NCBI RefSeq assembly: GCF_006345805.1
Contig: NC_042997.1
Span: 61,876,001 to 61,940,000, forward strand
Source of the DNA: Octopus sinensis
Taxonomy: Eukaryota
Direction of reading: 5' to 3'
Length of the DNA: 64,000 nt
Shown here: one piece after another, positions 11,066 through 23,769 of the stretch
Numbering within the stretch: position 1 is the first letter of the stretch
Layout: every line of letters begins with the position of its first letter
Position numbers and translations under genes: made by a program
The notes under the pieces: generated by a model
What the model was told of the DNA's origin: nothing
The model's database searches: none
What the model saw: only the letters and a program-made list of their open reading frames with translations

Positions 11066-12404
11066 ATGTAGTATCCTTCTGATTTAATTGTAGTTGGTGA
11101 TTTACATGTTTACCTTGTCCCTAGCACAGACACTTATTTTCAATGGTTCGAGGTGTTTACATGAAAAATAGGTGTACTACTGTAGACAGTGTGATCAATA
11201 TATAAACTGAAGAGTATTTCAAAAGTACACAGTGCTGAGCTTTAGTTGTTCCTTGGGCCTATGAAAGGCAACAAGAATTTAACTTTGACTTTTTTTTCTG
11301 ATTTGTGATTTACGATCCTTGAATTGGTAAACGTTATTAATATACACTATTTATTAATCCTATCTCCCTGTTTGTGATTTCTCATTCAACTCTTTTGGTT
11401 TGGTAAGTACAAGGCCAGTTACTTTCTCTAAGTAAGAGGTTGTGTGGTCAGTTGAATACACTCATCTAGAATACTGGCATTAAACAACTCCAAGGAAATG
11501 GAAGGCATAATCTTGAGTGATAAAACTAATTCCTATATGTAAAGAAGTGAGAGGTGCTCTACATATGCTCTACTCTATCTTAAATTGTGTTTGTGTCTGT
11601 AAAAACATCAATTTATAGTAGTTATTATGTTACATCACTGAAGTCTGTAATACTGTATTCCTCTAAAGATAAGCAAGATGTCTAATAAATCTTAGTAGTA
11701 TTTTGTTACAATATGGTGTAAGAATATGAAAAAAAATATTTGGTAAAAAGTCATCTTGTCAGACTGCAGAATAATGGACTCGCTTTTCATTTTCTTTATA
11801 AAGAAAAGAGACCATTTATATGAATATTGATCCATGCTTGATCTAATATAATTATTTCTTAGTGTTTCTTTTACTGAATATTCTTCATAGTTTCTTTCAT
11901 AGAGAGATTAACTTTTTTTCCTTTCTTTTATTTCTTTAAATAATCATAATGTTGTCCAGGACATTTTCTTTCATTTTCCTGTCTTTTTCTAATGTTCTTT
12001 GAAATGCTTTAGAATTATCTTTGCGCCACAAAAAGATGATGGGTTGAACACAATGCAAAGGTCCATAACTATGATAATTTACTAGCATCAAAATAATACA
12101 GAAACAGTGTCTGACACATGATTGATAGTTGTTATTTATCGGAAAGGATATCAGCTTGCCGAGGTTTCTTTTGATTTTAGTATAGTTGCAGTTTTCTTGT
12201 TTTCTAGAGACTTAGGTAGGAAAGTTAGATGTAGCTTGACAAGCTAATTTTCTTTAAATTTTTCATTTACTGATTTCTTAAATAAGTCTAAATTTCATTT
12301 TGTGTAGAGCAAAGGTGTTAATAAATTCAATTCCAGTATATTACTGAAAATAATTCTAATCATTTCAGAAGTGTAAAAGATAAAAATAATAATGATGTTT
12401 ATGA

Positions 12405-13070
12405 TGATATTAATTTCTAATTTAGGCACAAGTCCAGCTGTTTTAGCAGTGAGAGTTAGTTGATTACATCAGTTTCAGTACTGGATTGGTACTTTATTCT
12501 ACTGATGCCAGAAGGATAAAAGACAGAATTTAAACTCAGAACATAAAGAACTGGAATGACAATACTAATACTACTGGTGGTGATAATAGCTTCAAAAAAA
12601 AAAAGAAAAAAAAGAGAAAAACAAAAAAAAAGAAAATTAACAAAATCATAAATTAACCATCACCATATTTGAAATAATAATAATGAAATGGTCATATGTT
12701 AGAGAAGAATGGTTAAAGTTTTAGACAAAATACATTTCTTTGCATTCTGAGTTTAAATCCCATCTCAGATTGACTTAGCTTTCCATCATTATTGATAAAA
12801 TAATTATCAGCCAAGTACTGAATGTTGGTGTTAGTGAGAGGGTGATAATATTAATTTCAAATTTTGATGCAAAGCCAGCAATTTCAGGGGAGAGAGGTAA
12901 GTTGATTACATTGACCCTAGTAATCAACATGGTCCTTATTTTATTGACCCCGAAGGGATGAAAGGCAAAGTTGACCTCAGCAGAATTTGAACTTAGACTG
13001 TAAAGATGGGATGAAATGCTGCTAACCATTTTGCCTGACATGCTAATGATTCTGTCAGTTTACTGAGGGC
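12405..13070 (-). mobile_element. Two SINE family A copies (about 12405-12560 and 12835-13070)
   Basis: Reverse-complement central domain and GAATTTGAACT B-box in each copy. Confidence 0.7.
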
Positions 13071-15726
13071 AATAATGTTGATTATACTTTTTGCTGGTGG
13101 TGCCCCAGAATAGTCTCATTCACTCAAACTAGTAAACGTAAATTATAGAATGCAATGAGCCCAGTGTTCTACTGCCATGCATGTTCCCTTTATGATTTTA
13201 AAATTTGCTAAAATTGGGTAGGTCAAAAAGAACTATAGTCAATAAATTTATGCTCTAGGTGTTAATTTTATGTCATAATCATTGAAATCTCATGATTGTA
13301 GGGTACACTACAACTACTGAGGGTTAAAGTGCTAGATTATTCACTATATGATCATAAGTTCAGATTTTCCTTTAGCTGTTTCATCATGCCATTTAATTAG
13401 CTACATAATCATGCTTAGTTCAACTTACATGACTTTGTGGGTGGGGGAAAATTCCACTCCCTATCTCACAGGGTAGTGATTATTGCCGTTTGAGCAAACC
13501 TGCTAAAACCACTACAATCAAAAATGTTCCAGCACTCCTAAATCTTTTGTGAGATTTTATTGAGAGCAGTACTATGTTGCATCACCAAAGTCTTCAGCTT
13601 CAGTTTTATTTCTTTAATACCAAAATATGAAGTTGGTTATCAGGAGTGTCAACTGTTTCAACCAACCATTAGATTTGATATTTCAAACATTTTATATCAT
13701 TTTAGTTTTGTCTGAAGATCCATAATAGTTTCACAAATATTCCTCAAATAGTTTTGTTTTTACATGCTCCAACTAGGTTTAGCCAAATGGAAATATATTT
13801 AGTTACTATTTTTTTTCTTGGCAGTTTCTTGCTTCTCTGCAGTAACTGTGCAATACAGTATTAACATCTTGGTTTGCTTTATTATGTAGAGCTGTTGCAT
13901 TGTAGCTTATTCAACTTTACCTGTTTAAGTTTTGTTTTGTGTGTGTGTATGTGAGCATGTATGCATATATATCTTTTTTCTTTTAGCTTACATATTTTCA
14001 GCATCAGTCTGCAAATATACTGACATCTGAAATTCTTCCTTTGCATCTAAGCTGGTAAATTTCTCAGCCTTTATACCAACTGACAAATGTGTGGATTTCT
14101 TCTCTGTATCGGGTTTATCACAGCTAATGTTTACAATCTTATCTATTGAAATGAGAGTTTTGATTTATCTACCAGAACTTCCACCTGGTCTATTAATTTT
14201 TGCTTTAGTTTTCCTGTCTCGGGGATTAGAGTAGATAAAGCTTTTTGCAACACTAAATAATGACATTATTTATAATAATTTTTTAAACTTTCTTTCATTA
14301 ACATCATTATCTATACTGTTCTTGTGAAAAATATACTCCAAAAAATAACATCATTAGAACTTTAGTGTAGTTTTGGATTGACCAAAAACTGGGATAAGTT
14401 TTCTCCATCTTAATGTTTTGTGATAGGCATAAGTAATCCTTAAGTAATGTTATATTTGACATTCAAGTGATATTTTATTTTTAACAATATAAAAATGTTT
14501 TCCTTTTATATAACACTCTCTATTTTGTTTTTAATTGTCAATATCTTATGATACTTTCCTTATTAATCTTATGATGTGCATTTATATATATATATATAAA
14601 GAAAAAAAAAAACTTATTATAAATGAATGTAAATTTCATGGCTAATAGGTGAAATGGTAAAGTGTTGCCTGGTGTTGGAAATTGAGGTGTAAAAGTGGAA
14701 AGAATGATATGGTTAATGTGCAATGTCAAAATGATCAAAAACCAGACAAGCTAATTACTTTTAGGTGTGTTAATCTTCATACTATAATAGATTCACTTTT
14801 TTTAATGACCTACTAATCAGTTTATCATCAGTTAAACTTACCATAACTTAGAATCCTTTTATAATTCATGTTGTTTCATTAATAATCTAAAATTCTGAAA
14901 CCTGTTATATTCCCCTCTCTCTATAATAAACATTACTTCACATTAAAAGTTAATGAAAGCAAATCAGCTGATTGTGTTGCATAATAAACATATTGTAATG
15001 TTAGTTATGTAAGGTTAACTTCCAACAATAGGTCTTTTATTAAGCTGTTAGCATTGGAATAAATGACAAGGAGTTTGTGTTTTGAATAATAATCACTGTA
15101 ATAGTGTTGAAATGGTGTCTTTAGTATTTCACATATTATTAGGGCTACATGTAAAGTATTTTGTAGATAAGCTAGCCAGTTTCAGGGTATTTTTCTTTTT
15201 TGGCACTCTGCCTCTCTATTTCCCTTGAGAGATTTATTCTCATTTATGTTTGATAAAGTCACTGTTAAGATTGTTGTCTTATTCATTTGTAAATACTTGA
15301 TATTTATTCAACTTTGGTAATATACTAATTCCTTATTTGCTAATAAAGATCTGGTGTCCTCCGCTGACAACTTAAATCTCTTCCACAATAGCTTCATTTA
15401 TTTAAGTGCCAAGGTCTTCCAAAGGTAAAATTGTTGCTGTGTGGCATACAACCAGTGGATGTACTGTACATTTTTCTCATTCATTTCTGTTATTGAGTAT
15501 TTTGCATCTAATAAAGGGCCTAGTCATTGCACTATTATTATTATTATTATCAATGGTTGGCTTATATCTGTTCAACACCGTCATTTGGTTTATATGTACT
15601 TAGATCAGAATCTACTCTGTTGTACCAGGTTTCTAGTCTGAGAAGAATTATCTACCGCCAGTCATCATATGCCCTGGGGAAAAAAAGGTCATTAATGCTG
15701 TCCCTCGTTTGACAAAGTCAAAGAGG

Positions 15727-15758
<32 letters not shown>

Positions 15759-16438
15759 AAAACAATGAAGCTTGTTTTCATATCTACATTATGAGTTGCT
15801 AATGTAACAGTTTGTGTGTGTGTGTTTTCTACAGTTTTTAGAGGTTGTTATCAACAAGACATTGTTGAAACACTGTACGGATTTAGGCTTTAAACTAAGT
15901 TCATTCCCTATCTAAAAATACTCAAGGAGAATTAAATGTCATTTGAGTTTTGACTCAATTTCAACATATCACGCGTGCACGTGCACACACACACACACAC
16001 ACACACACTGCTGTCCTTGTTATTTATTTCATAGTCTTAATTTTTTAGAGAGAATTTGATGTGCATAAAAGTAGAAGAATTATAGTAGTAAATTTTAAAA
16101 TTACATGTCTATTTGGCGTCTCTTCTAACTCCTCCAGCCCCACCTTTGCTCAAATACTTCTTGGATAGACAAACCATCTACTGCAAACATGTGTTTCACC
16201 ACAAATCATTGGGTAACCCTGCATTAATTTGTTGATGTATGGCTGTGTAGTGGGGGTGAGAGAGGTATCTAATGGGGTTTGCTTTTCTTTGGACTCTGCC
16301 TTTTCAATGTTCATCTTTCTGAAGGGGCTGCTGTTTGCAGGGATAGGTATCTGAATTGTGAAGTGTTGTCAAACATTGATAGAATCTCTGTCAGTTGAGT
16401 AAATTATTTTGTAGTTTAGTTAGAGGAGAAATACCATG

Positions 16439-16478
<40 letters not shown>

Positions 16479-17399
16479 TAAGGGTTTTATAGATTGGTAG
16501 AAGAAAGAGAAGAAATTTGAACTTGTGTTATTTTCAGACTGGAATCTTGTTAGAATGCTTTCAGTTGTGGGAACATTGCTAAAGGATCCCAAGGACCAGG
16601 TGTTAGTGTTAAACTGAGTGACTGATTTAGTCTAATATCCAAGGATTGGTACATTCCATCTGATGAATCTTCAAACGATTCCCATTTTCTTAGTGTCACT
16701 AAAAAATACTTGGATCAACCAGAGGCTATGATAGATGATACTTGCTTGAGGTGGAGTGCTGTGGCATCTAAGCTGGGGCCATGTGATAGAGAAGGGAACG
16801 TCTTAACTACATGGTTGTACATTCATATTTAATAGAAGCCACTCTTCATATTGGTGAGAAAGAACTGTACTGTATTTTCCAGAAGGCTGTCATTAGCAAT
16901 TGTTACAAATTATACAAATATAATGGATTTCCACAGAAGGACTCTGAAGCACTTTAAAACATCAATGCATTTCTCTCTCCATTATCATGCTGATATCTTT
17001 CACATTTGAGCCAGCAAGGGCAGTGACTTTATAGGGTTATTCATGCTGCTGGAAACAGCTGCAAAATTTCCATCAAATCATTTCCTGTCTGAAAATTAGG
17101 AGTGCACATTGGATAATATATCTTTGATGCAGACTACCAGTGAAAAAGACTGGGCAGTTATGGCTTGAACACTTTGATCTTAGGTTTGCTGGATCAGATT
17201 TACCCTGAAACTAAGCAACAGCATCCTCTTATACATAGATATGATGTCTGTTTTCCAATGTAGTTATATTTTTGATTATTTTTTTATGGTAAATAAATGA
17301 TTATTAATATTTTTGAGTTCATAAACTGTGTTAACTTCGATCGTTTTTGACAAAGGAAATAGCAATAATACAAGCTATAGATTCAGTTGGCTCTGTATT

Positions 17400-19050
17400 C
17401 GTAGTGTTGGGAAAAATGCCTTGTGGTATGTGTTCTAGCTCTTTATGTTCTGAGTTCAAATTTTGCCGAGGCTAATTTTTGAACTTCTTCTTTCAGAGTC
17501 AATAAAATAAAGTACCACTCATCTACTGCTGTCAGTAATACTGACCAAACCCTACCTCAAATTTCCAGGCCTTATTCCTGTATTTCAAATAGTACTGGTT
17601 TCAGATTTTGTCACAAGGCCAGCAAGTTCAAGGGAATGGGTAAATCAATGATATCGACTCCATCACTCAACTGATATTTATTTTATCTACCTTGAAAGGA
17701 CGAAAGGCAAAGCCAGCGAGGGTGGAATTTGAATTGAAAATGTAAAGATGAATGAAATACTGCGAAGCATTTCGCTTGGTGTGCTAACGATTTTGCCAGA
17801 AATAATAATATGGTAGAAATAGTAGAATGACAAACATAATCTCTTGCAGTATTTACTTAGCTCCCTTTATATTCTGAATTCAAATCTTGCTGATGTCAGC
17901 TTTGCCTTTTGTCTTTCTTAGTCAATAAAGTACCTGTGAACTGTCGGGGTTAATTTAACTCACTGTAAAAAAAAAAAAACTGGTGGACTGGCAGAATCAT
18001 TAGGGTGTTAGACAAAATGCTTTGCAGTGTTTGCTCCAGCTAAGTTCAAATCTCGCTAGGGTTAAGTTTGTCTTTCATCCTTTCATTCAAGTACTGGCAT
18101 CAATGATATTAACTTACCCTTTTCTTTCAAAATTATTGAGTCTAAATTACAAACAGCAACAATTATCATTGTCATTATCATCATTACCTAAGGCGATGGA
18201 TGATTTGGCAGAGTTGTTAGCATGCAGGGTAAAATGCTTAGCAGTATTTTGTCAATTTTAATGTTCTGAGTTCAAATTCTGCCCAAGGTGACATTGCCTT
18301 TCATCCTTTCAGGATCGATAAATTAAGAACCAGTTAACCTCTGGGATCAATGTAATCGACTAATCTTCCACCCCCACTTTTAAGCATTGTGCCTATAGTA
18401 GAAAGGGTTACTATTAACAGTAGCAGCAGCAGCATCCTGGACAAAATGCTTAGTGGTGTTTTGTTTGTCTTTATGTTCTGAGTTCAAACTTGTCAAAGTT
18501 GACTTTACTTTCCATCCTTCCAGGATCAGTAAATTAAATGCCAATTGAGCACTGGGGTGGATGTAATCGACAATCTTCTCCTCTAGGAATTCAGGACTTG
18601 TGTTTATTAGAATAATTATCATTGATTGGCAGAATCATTTTCCTGCTGGTGGGGGTGGGGAATGCTTTGCAGTATTTGTTCAAGATTTTTATATTCCGAG
18701 TTCAAATCTTGCCGTGTTCAGTTTTGCCTGTCATCCTTCTGAAGTTCAATAAAGTACCAGTCATCTTCTAGGGTCAGTGTAATTGGCTAGACCTCCCTCA
18801 AAATTGCTGGTTTAGCATTGTACCTAAACTAAAATCAGTTTATAGCTGTGAATTGACAGAAGAATCATTATAGCATTAGGTAGAATATCAGTACTTTGTT
18901 CTGATTTGAAATCTTGCTGTAATCGACTTTGCCATTCATTCTTTCGGGTCCATAAAATACAGCAACCATTCAAATATTGGGAATCAATGATTTTACTTAA
19001 ACTCCTGTTCTTACAAACTCCCAGCTTTGTGCCTAAATTAGAAACAGTTG
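17400..19050. mobile_element. Array of about eight SINE family A copies (mostly +, one - at about 17595-17800)
   Basis: Repeated (GA)GTTCAAAT B-box and CTTTCATCC..ATAAA..GTACC motifs about every 200 bp. Confidence 0.85.
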
Positions 19051-19659
19051 TTTTGTTGTTACTACTACTACTGATGTGTTGGCAAGTAGTCTTGATGTCA
19101 GTAAAGCAAAACAGTTACATAGCCTATGCCAAACTGCTGATGTTTGATAGACATTTCATATTTTGAGACTTTATCTCAAAGTTGATGTCTATTTAAATAT
19201 CAGTTACTGTTCCAAGTTTGCAATATCTCTACCTTTACCTCTTCATTAAGTTCAAACACCATACACACTTTACACACTTCAGCGTTTTGATGTTCTATGC
19301 ATAAAATATATTTGTACTAATTTAACACACACACTTTGTTCAGAATATTCCAGCTATCCCCATCACCTGTAACATTCACCTTACACCAGTAAATTAAATT
19401 TTTCAGCTAATACTTTGAGAGCAAGCTTAGTCTAGCATTAATCTTGTAAATGATTCCAGTAGTTAGTAGGATAATCTTGAGAAAAAAAAGCCAAAAAACA
19501 ACAACCTTAACTGTAGTGTATGTCTGAGAAATCTTGTCGTGCTTATAACAACTTACTGCAATATTTCAGTTGGATAAAACTGTGTATTCTCTACTACACA
19601 ATGTACACAGTTGGATCGGGTACCCTGAGTTGATAGTATTACTGTAACTCTGTGTGTGT

Positions 19660-19790
19660 ACTATATATATATATATATGGTTCAAATATACAGAAAACAA
19701 GACAGGTGAGGGAACAACATATAAGGTGTATTAGTTTGGGAAAATGGAAAAGTTTTTGATGTTTGGAGCCTACACTCTTCAATAGAAAGG
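19660..19790 (-). mobile_element. Penelope-type terminus with decayed hammerhead motif
   Basis: Minus strand reads CTATTGA A GAGT-GTAG-GCTC CAAACATC, then a pyrimidine-rich stretch ending in (TA)n. Confidence 0.45.
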
Positions 19791-21039
19791 AATGAAGAAA
19801 GAAAATGGTGAGTGAGGTGGGAAACATGTCTGAATTAACAGTTTTGTGTGTCAAAATGATCAGATGGAGGTTGTTGAATGGAAGTTGGGATAACAGTGAC
19901 TTGTTTAAGATAAAGATGTGTGTGTGTCCATCTAATCTATACTAGCTTGGAAAAATGGCATAAAAACTAATGATTAGATAATATAATGTGATAAAGGCTT
20001 TTAATATATAAATCTAAAGTAATCATTTCATCAATAACTGTGTAGAGGTTTGAAAGTTTTATTCTTCAAAAAGCAAAATTTGCCACCTCAATTTATAAAA
20101 CAACCAGTCACCTTAAAAATTGCATACATTTATCCTTGTTTTGCTTTAGCTTTAGCAGAAGTGAAAGGGTGACACTTGGGGTTTTTTTTTTTTTTGCTTG
20201 GTCTCCAAGACTGGTGGAGCAAGAGAGGAAGAGAGAGCAACTCAAAAGTTGTTATAGTACAAAGCATTGCTATTGTGCTGAACACAACTAAAGATACCCA
20301 AAAGCCAGAGGGTGATGTTAAACTGGGTATAGTCTATTCACTGGCCTTTGCAGTTTCCCCTGTATCATGTTTCTTTCACAAGGCTTGTGTTGATCTGATT
20401 CTATGGTAGAAGACACTTGTAGTCATGTTATTGTGATGTGGACTTCTTGATCATTTTATCACACCTATGTACATCCATACATGCAGGTCTCTATGTATGC
20501 TAAACTTCAATCACATTAAATAACTTAAGTGTTTTTATGACATTTCTCTTTCTTACACGCAGCGTTTTTTCTATGGTATATTAATCTACAATTATCTATC
20601 AACTTGGCTAAACCTATTTTCCTATTTGTGTGTGTGTCAGTGTTGTTGTGCAGTCTTACTTTACTGTATGAAAGTCCTTATTCATAAATACTTATGTTGG
20701 TAGTGGCAGATAAGGCATAATTTTGTTCTTAACCATTGGCACAGATAACACTAATCATCCACCCTGTCCATTTATTTGCTAGGCTTGGCTGCAGGGGAAG
20801 TGTATATATGGGTTTGAAGTGAGATAATAAATGAGAGTGAGGAAACAAAGTTGAATCTTTTAAGAAGTAGTCAAGACCCACCTCCTGATGTTTAAAGGGC
20901 AGAGGAAATGGGAAGTTATATTTTTTTTATAAAGAATAAAAAAAAAAATCATAAAGGAAATCATTATGTTGCTAGACAATTAAATCTCTTGCTTAGAGAC
21001 TCAATGAAATGCCTGCAGTAATACTGCTGGCAACACACA

Positions 21040-21640
21040 TGGTCACCCACATCCTTACATGTCATCAATATATGTCCATTTTACTATGCTTGCATGGGTT
21101 GGACAGATCTTTTTCAGCATAGTTTTTTGCCATTTGATAGTCTTTTGTGTTACCTTTGTGAGGTTCAACTTCCTGAGATCGGTTTTTCACCTGCCTTCCC
21201 ATGTTTTCACCTTGCCTTCCCATGTTTTCACCTTGCCTTCCCATGCTTTCACCTTGCCTCCCCATGTTTTCACCTTGTCTTCCCATGTTTTCACCTTATC
21301 TTTTCATGTTTTCATTTTGTCTTTCCATATTTTCCTTTTATCTTACTTTGTAAGTGTCTTCCATGTGGATTACTTGCTACTTCATACATACCACATGTCC
21401 ATGTTGTGTTCTTTCTTGCACACTATATTTAATTTCTCTTGTATCCAATTTTCCTGTCCCTTTTTGTGTGATCATATTCTGCCAGCCTGTGCTTGATTCC
21501 ATTGCACCTTGCACACTCATCACTTACCTCGATGCACTAAATGGAATATTATTTGCTTGCATTGATGCCTCACCTATTACAGTACCTTATATTACCATCA
21601 TTGGAGACCAACATATGAAGTTGATACCTTCAACCATCTA
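21040..21640 (-). mobile_element. RTE LINE 3' fragment with internal 21-bp minisatellite
   Basis: Tail CCAACCCATGCAAGCAT, decayed GHV..KTW region, homologous to 58711-59670. Confidence 0.65.
21184..21340. repeat. 21-bp minisatellite ATGTTTTCACCTTGCCTTCCC, about 7 units
   Basis: Direct reading; units diverge progressively toward the right. Confidence 0.9.
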
Positions 21641-21949
21641 CTTTCTTGTTGCTTCCCCTTTATATTTTCCAAAAACAGTTGCCAGGTCATCATTAGATTT
21701 CACTGTTGAACTATCATATATTTTCTTCTTTTAGTGTTTGGATTACAACCATACTGTAACACATTTTAAGAGTTTTAGTTGATAATATTGACTCTAGTAT
21801 TTAGTTTTGTATTTTATCTGAAGTGAAAAGTTAATCCTGACTTCAAAAAGGTTAGTAACCTAGCAAGCTACAGGATGTTTGGAGCTAAATTTGCTGATTT
21901 TTTTTTTTTTTGGATGGGTGGGTTGGTGGAGAGTTATAGAAACAGTTTG

Positions 21950-22700
21950 TATTATTGAACAGTGAATGGCATTGGAGAGCATAAAGTTGTAAGCTGAGGA
22001 CTGGAAGCTGTTTGAATATTGGAAAAGAATTACCTGTATTGCGGTGATTCACAGCAGTTATCAAAGTACCAATATCAAGACTGCTGCTCAGTGCTCTGTG
22101 AAAACTGTAAAGGTTGTAAGATATGATTTGGACAGCTGCAATGGAGACTAAGAAACTCTGGTCAGCATGAAAGTGATGATCTTTGAACGTGTCCCCAGTG
22201 AGGGTGATGTCATGCACAGGGCCTTAAGCTCAAATCAGACATCTATGTGATGCTGCTGGAAACCATGATCAAACCCTAGCTGTTGAGAGTTGCTGCTGAA
22301 AGGCATGTATAATAGCAGGATTTGATTCTTTGCCATATCTCAGAAAAGAGTCAAACATGGTTGTTGTAGGATTTCTACAACTTCACCAACCCCAATTTCT
22401 GGCCTTGTAATTTCCCTGATTGTAATCCCATGGATTATTTATGTGTGTGGTGTAATTGAGAAAGACACCAACTGCTCTTCTTGTGACATCAAGGCCGAGC
22501 TGGTTGCCAAAGTCAAGGAGATGTCTGAAGATCTTACCAGTATCACTGTGAGAACAAAATGCTCCTGGTTCCAGAACTGCCTTGAAGTTGTCTTGAAGGC
22601 TGAAGCTGGTTACTTTGAGTAAACTGTTATCTAGTTGATATTTTTTGATTTTTAAAATACCTTTATTTTTGGATGGGATATCATGTTTTCTTTTCCATTT
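21950..22700 (+). mobile_element. Mariner-like DD37D (maT-type) transposase remnant
   Basis: Interrupted translation SEGDVM..GLKLKSDIYV..QD..CH.SEKSQ..FW..PDCNPMDY..EKDTN..EAGYFE*. Confidence 0.75.
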
Positions 22701-22887
22701 ATGTACTTTTGCTTGATATGTTGTTATGCATGCATATATAGCATAAGTACATGCCTACAAAATTACATGAGTATGTATTTATTTATGCATGCAGGCACAC
22801 ACACATGCACACTTTTGCACAAGTTCATTCCAGCAACAAATTTCACTCATTATATAGGTATATACATACAGTCTAATGGTCTAAACC

Positions 22888-23020
22888 ATCATCATCGTTT
22901 AATGTCCATTTTCCGTACTGGCATGGGTTGGACAGTTTGGAGACTGGCAAGCCAGGAGGCTGCACCAGGCTCCAATCTGATCTGGCAATGTTTCTACTGC
23001 TGAATGTCCTTCCTAATGCC
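22888..23020 (-). mobile_element. RTE-type 3' end fragment
   Basis: CATCATCATCGTTTAATGTCC..GGCATGGGTTGGACAG..CCAGGCTCCAATCTG. Confidence 0.75.
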
Positions 23021-23769
23021 AAGAATAAATAAATATATTTTATGAGAGGGGCATAACAACAAAAGTATTTATTTTATGGATCCTAGAAGAAAAAAAGTGG
23101 ATTCTGGCATGATTTGAACTTATAATCTTGTTTGTATAATTAGTTGTTTACATGAACTAAGAATAAGATCATAAATATTTTACTGTTCTAGTGCCCTAGA
23201 TATTTGGAGTGAGTTTCATGGGTGTTGTATTATTGTTGTAAGAAATAACTTCAGAGGAGTGTAAGTCAATTACATCCTCTTCCTACTCTACTATTATATA
23301 TATATTTACACACACACACACACATACACAAACAAATGTGTGTAGTGTGTGTATGTAGGTGTCTATCTGTTTGTATCTATGTTTGTGAAAGTATGTGTAT
23401 ATATAAGGTTGAATGAAGCTGCTAGCAGCAGGAAAGTTTGAACCTGCTTAACAACACACTTAATAACGTCATCTATACCAATTTGTGCTTCAGTGCTGTG
23501 TTTCTTTTAACTGCAACTACCTATTGGCTTAATTGTGTATGTGTATTACTTTCGGTGCCACCATGGTGTCTATAGATGTATTTGTTTAGAAGTGTAAAGC
23601 ATTTTGGGAAGTACAATGCACATGCAGGCACGCTTTCTCTCTCTCACTCACTCACTCACTCACACAATACTTAGCAAAAAAAAAAAAAAAGAAAGAAAGA
23701 AACCCTGGCACACTCCAGTTTTTTAGAGTCAAATAATAATCTTGATACAATGCTAATAGTAGTGGCTGG

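Noticed and set aside
11071-11080. GTATCCTT, a U12-type donor motif
   Set aside because: It follows an RTE tail, and no upstream exon or matching U12 branch site was seen.
14000-14250. Possible decayed transposase on the - strand
   Set aside because: No diagnostic motif could be fixed by eye.
21059-21496. 145-aa and 112-aa ORFs; repeat array considered as CRISPR-like
   Set aside because: The ORFs arise from a stop-free 21-bp minisatellite. There are no spacers, no cas genes, and the context is eukaryotic.
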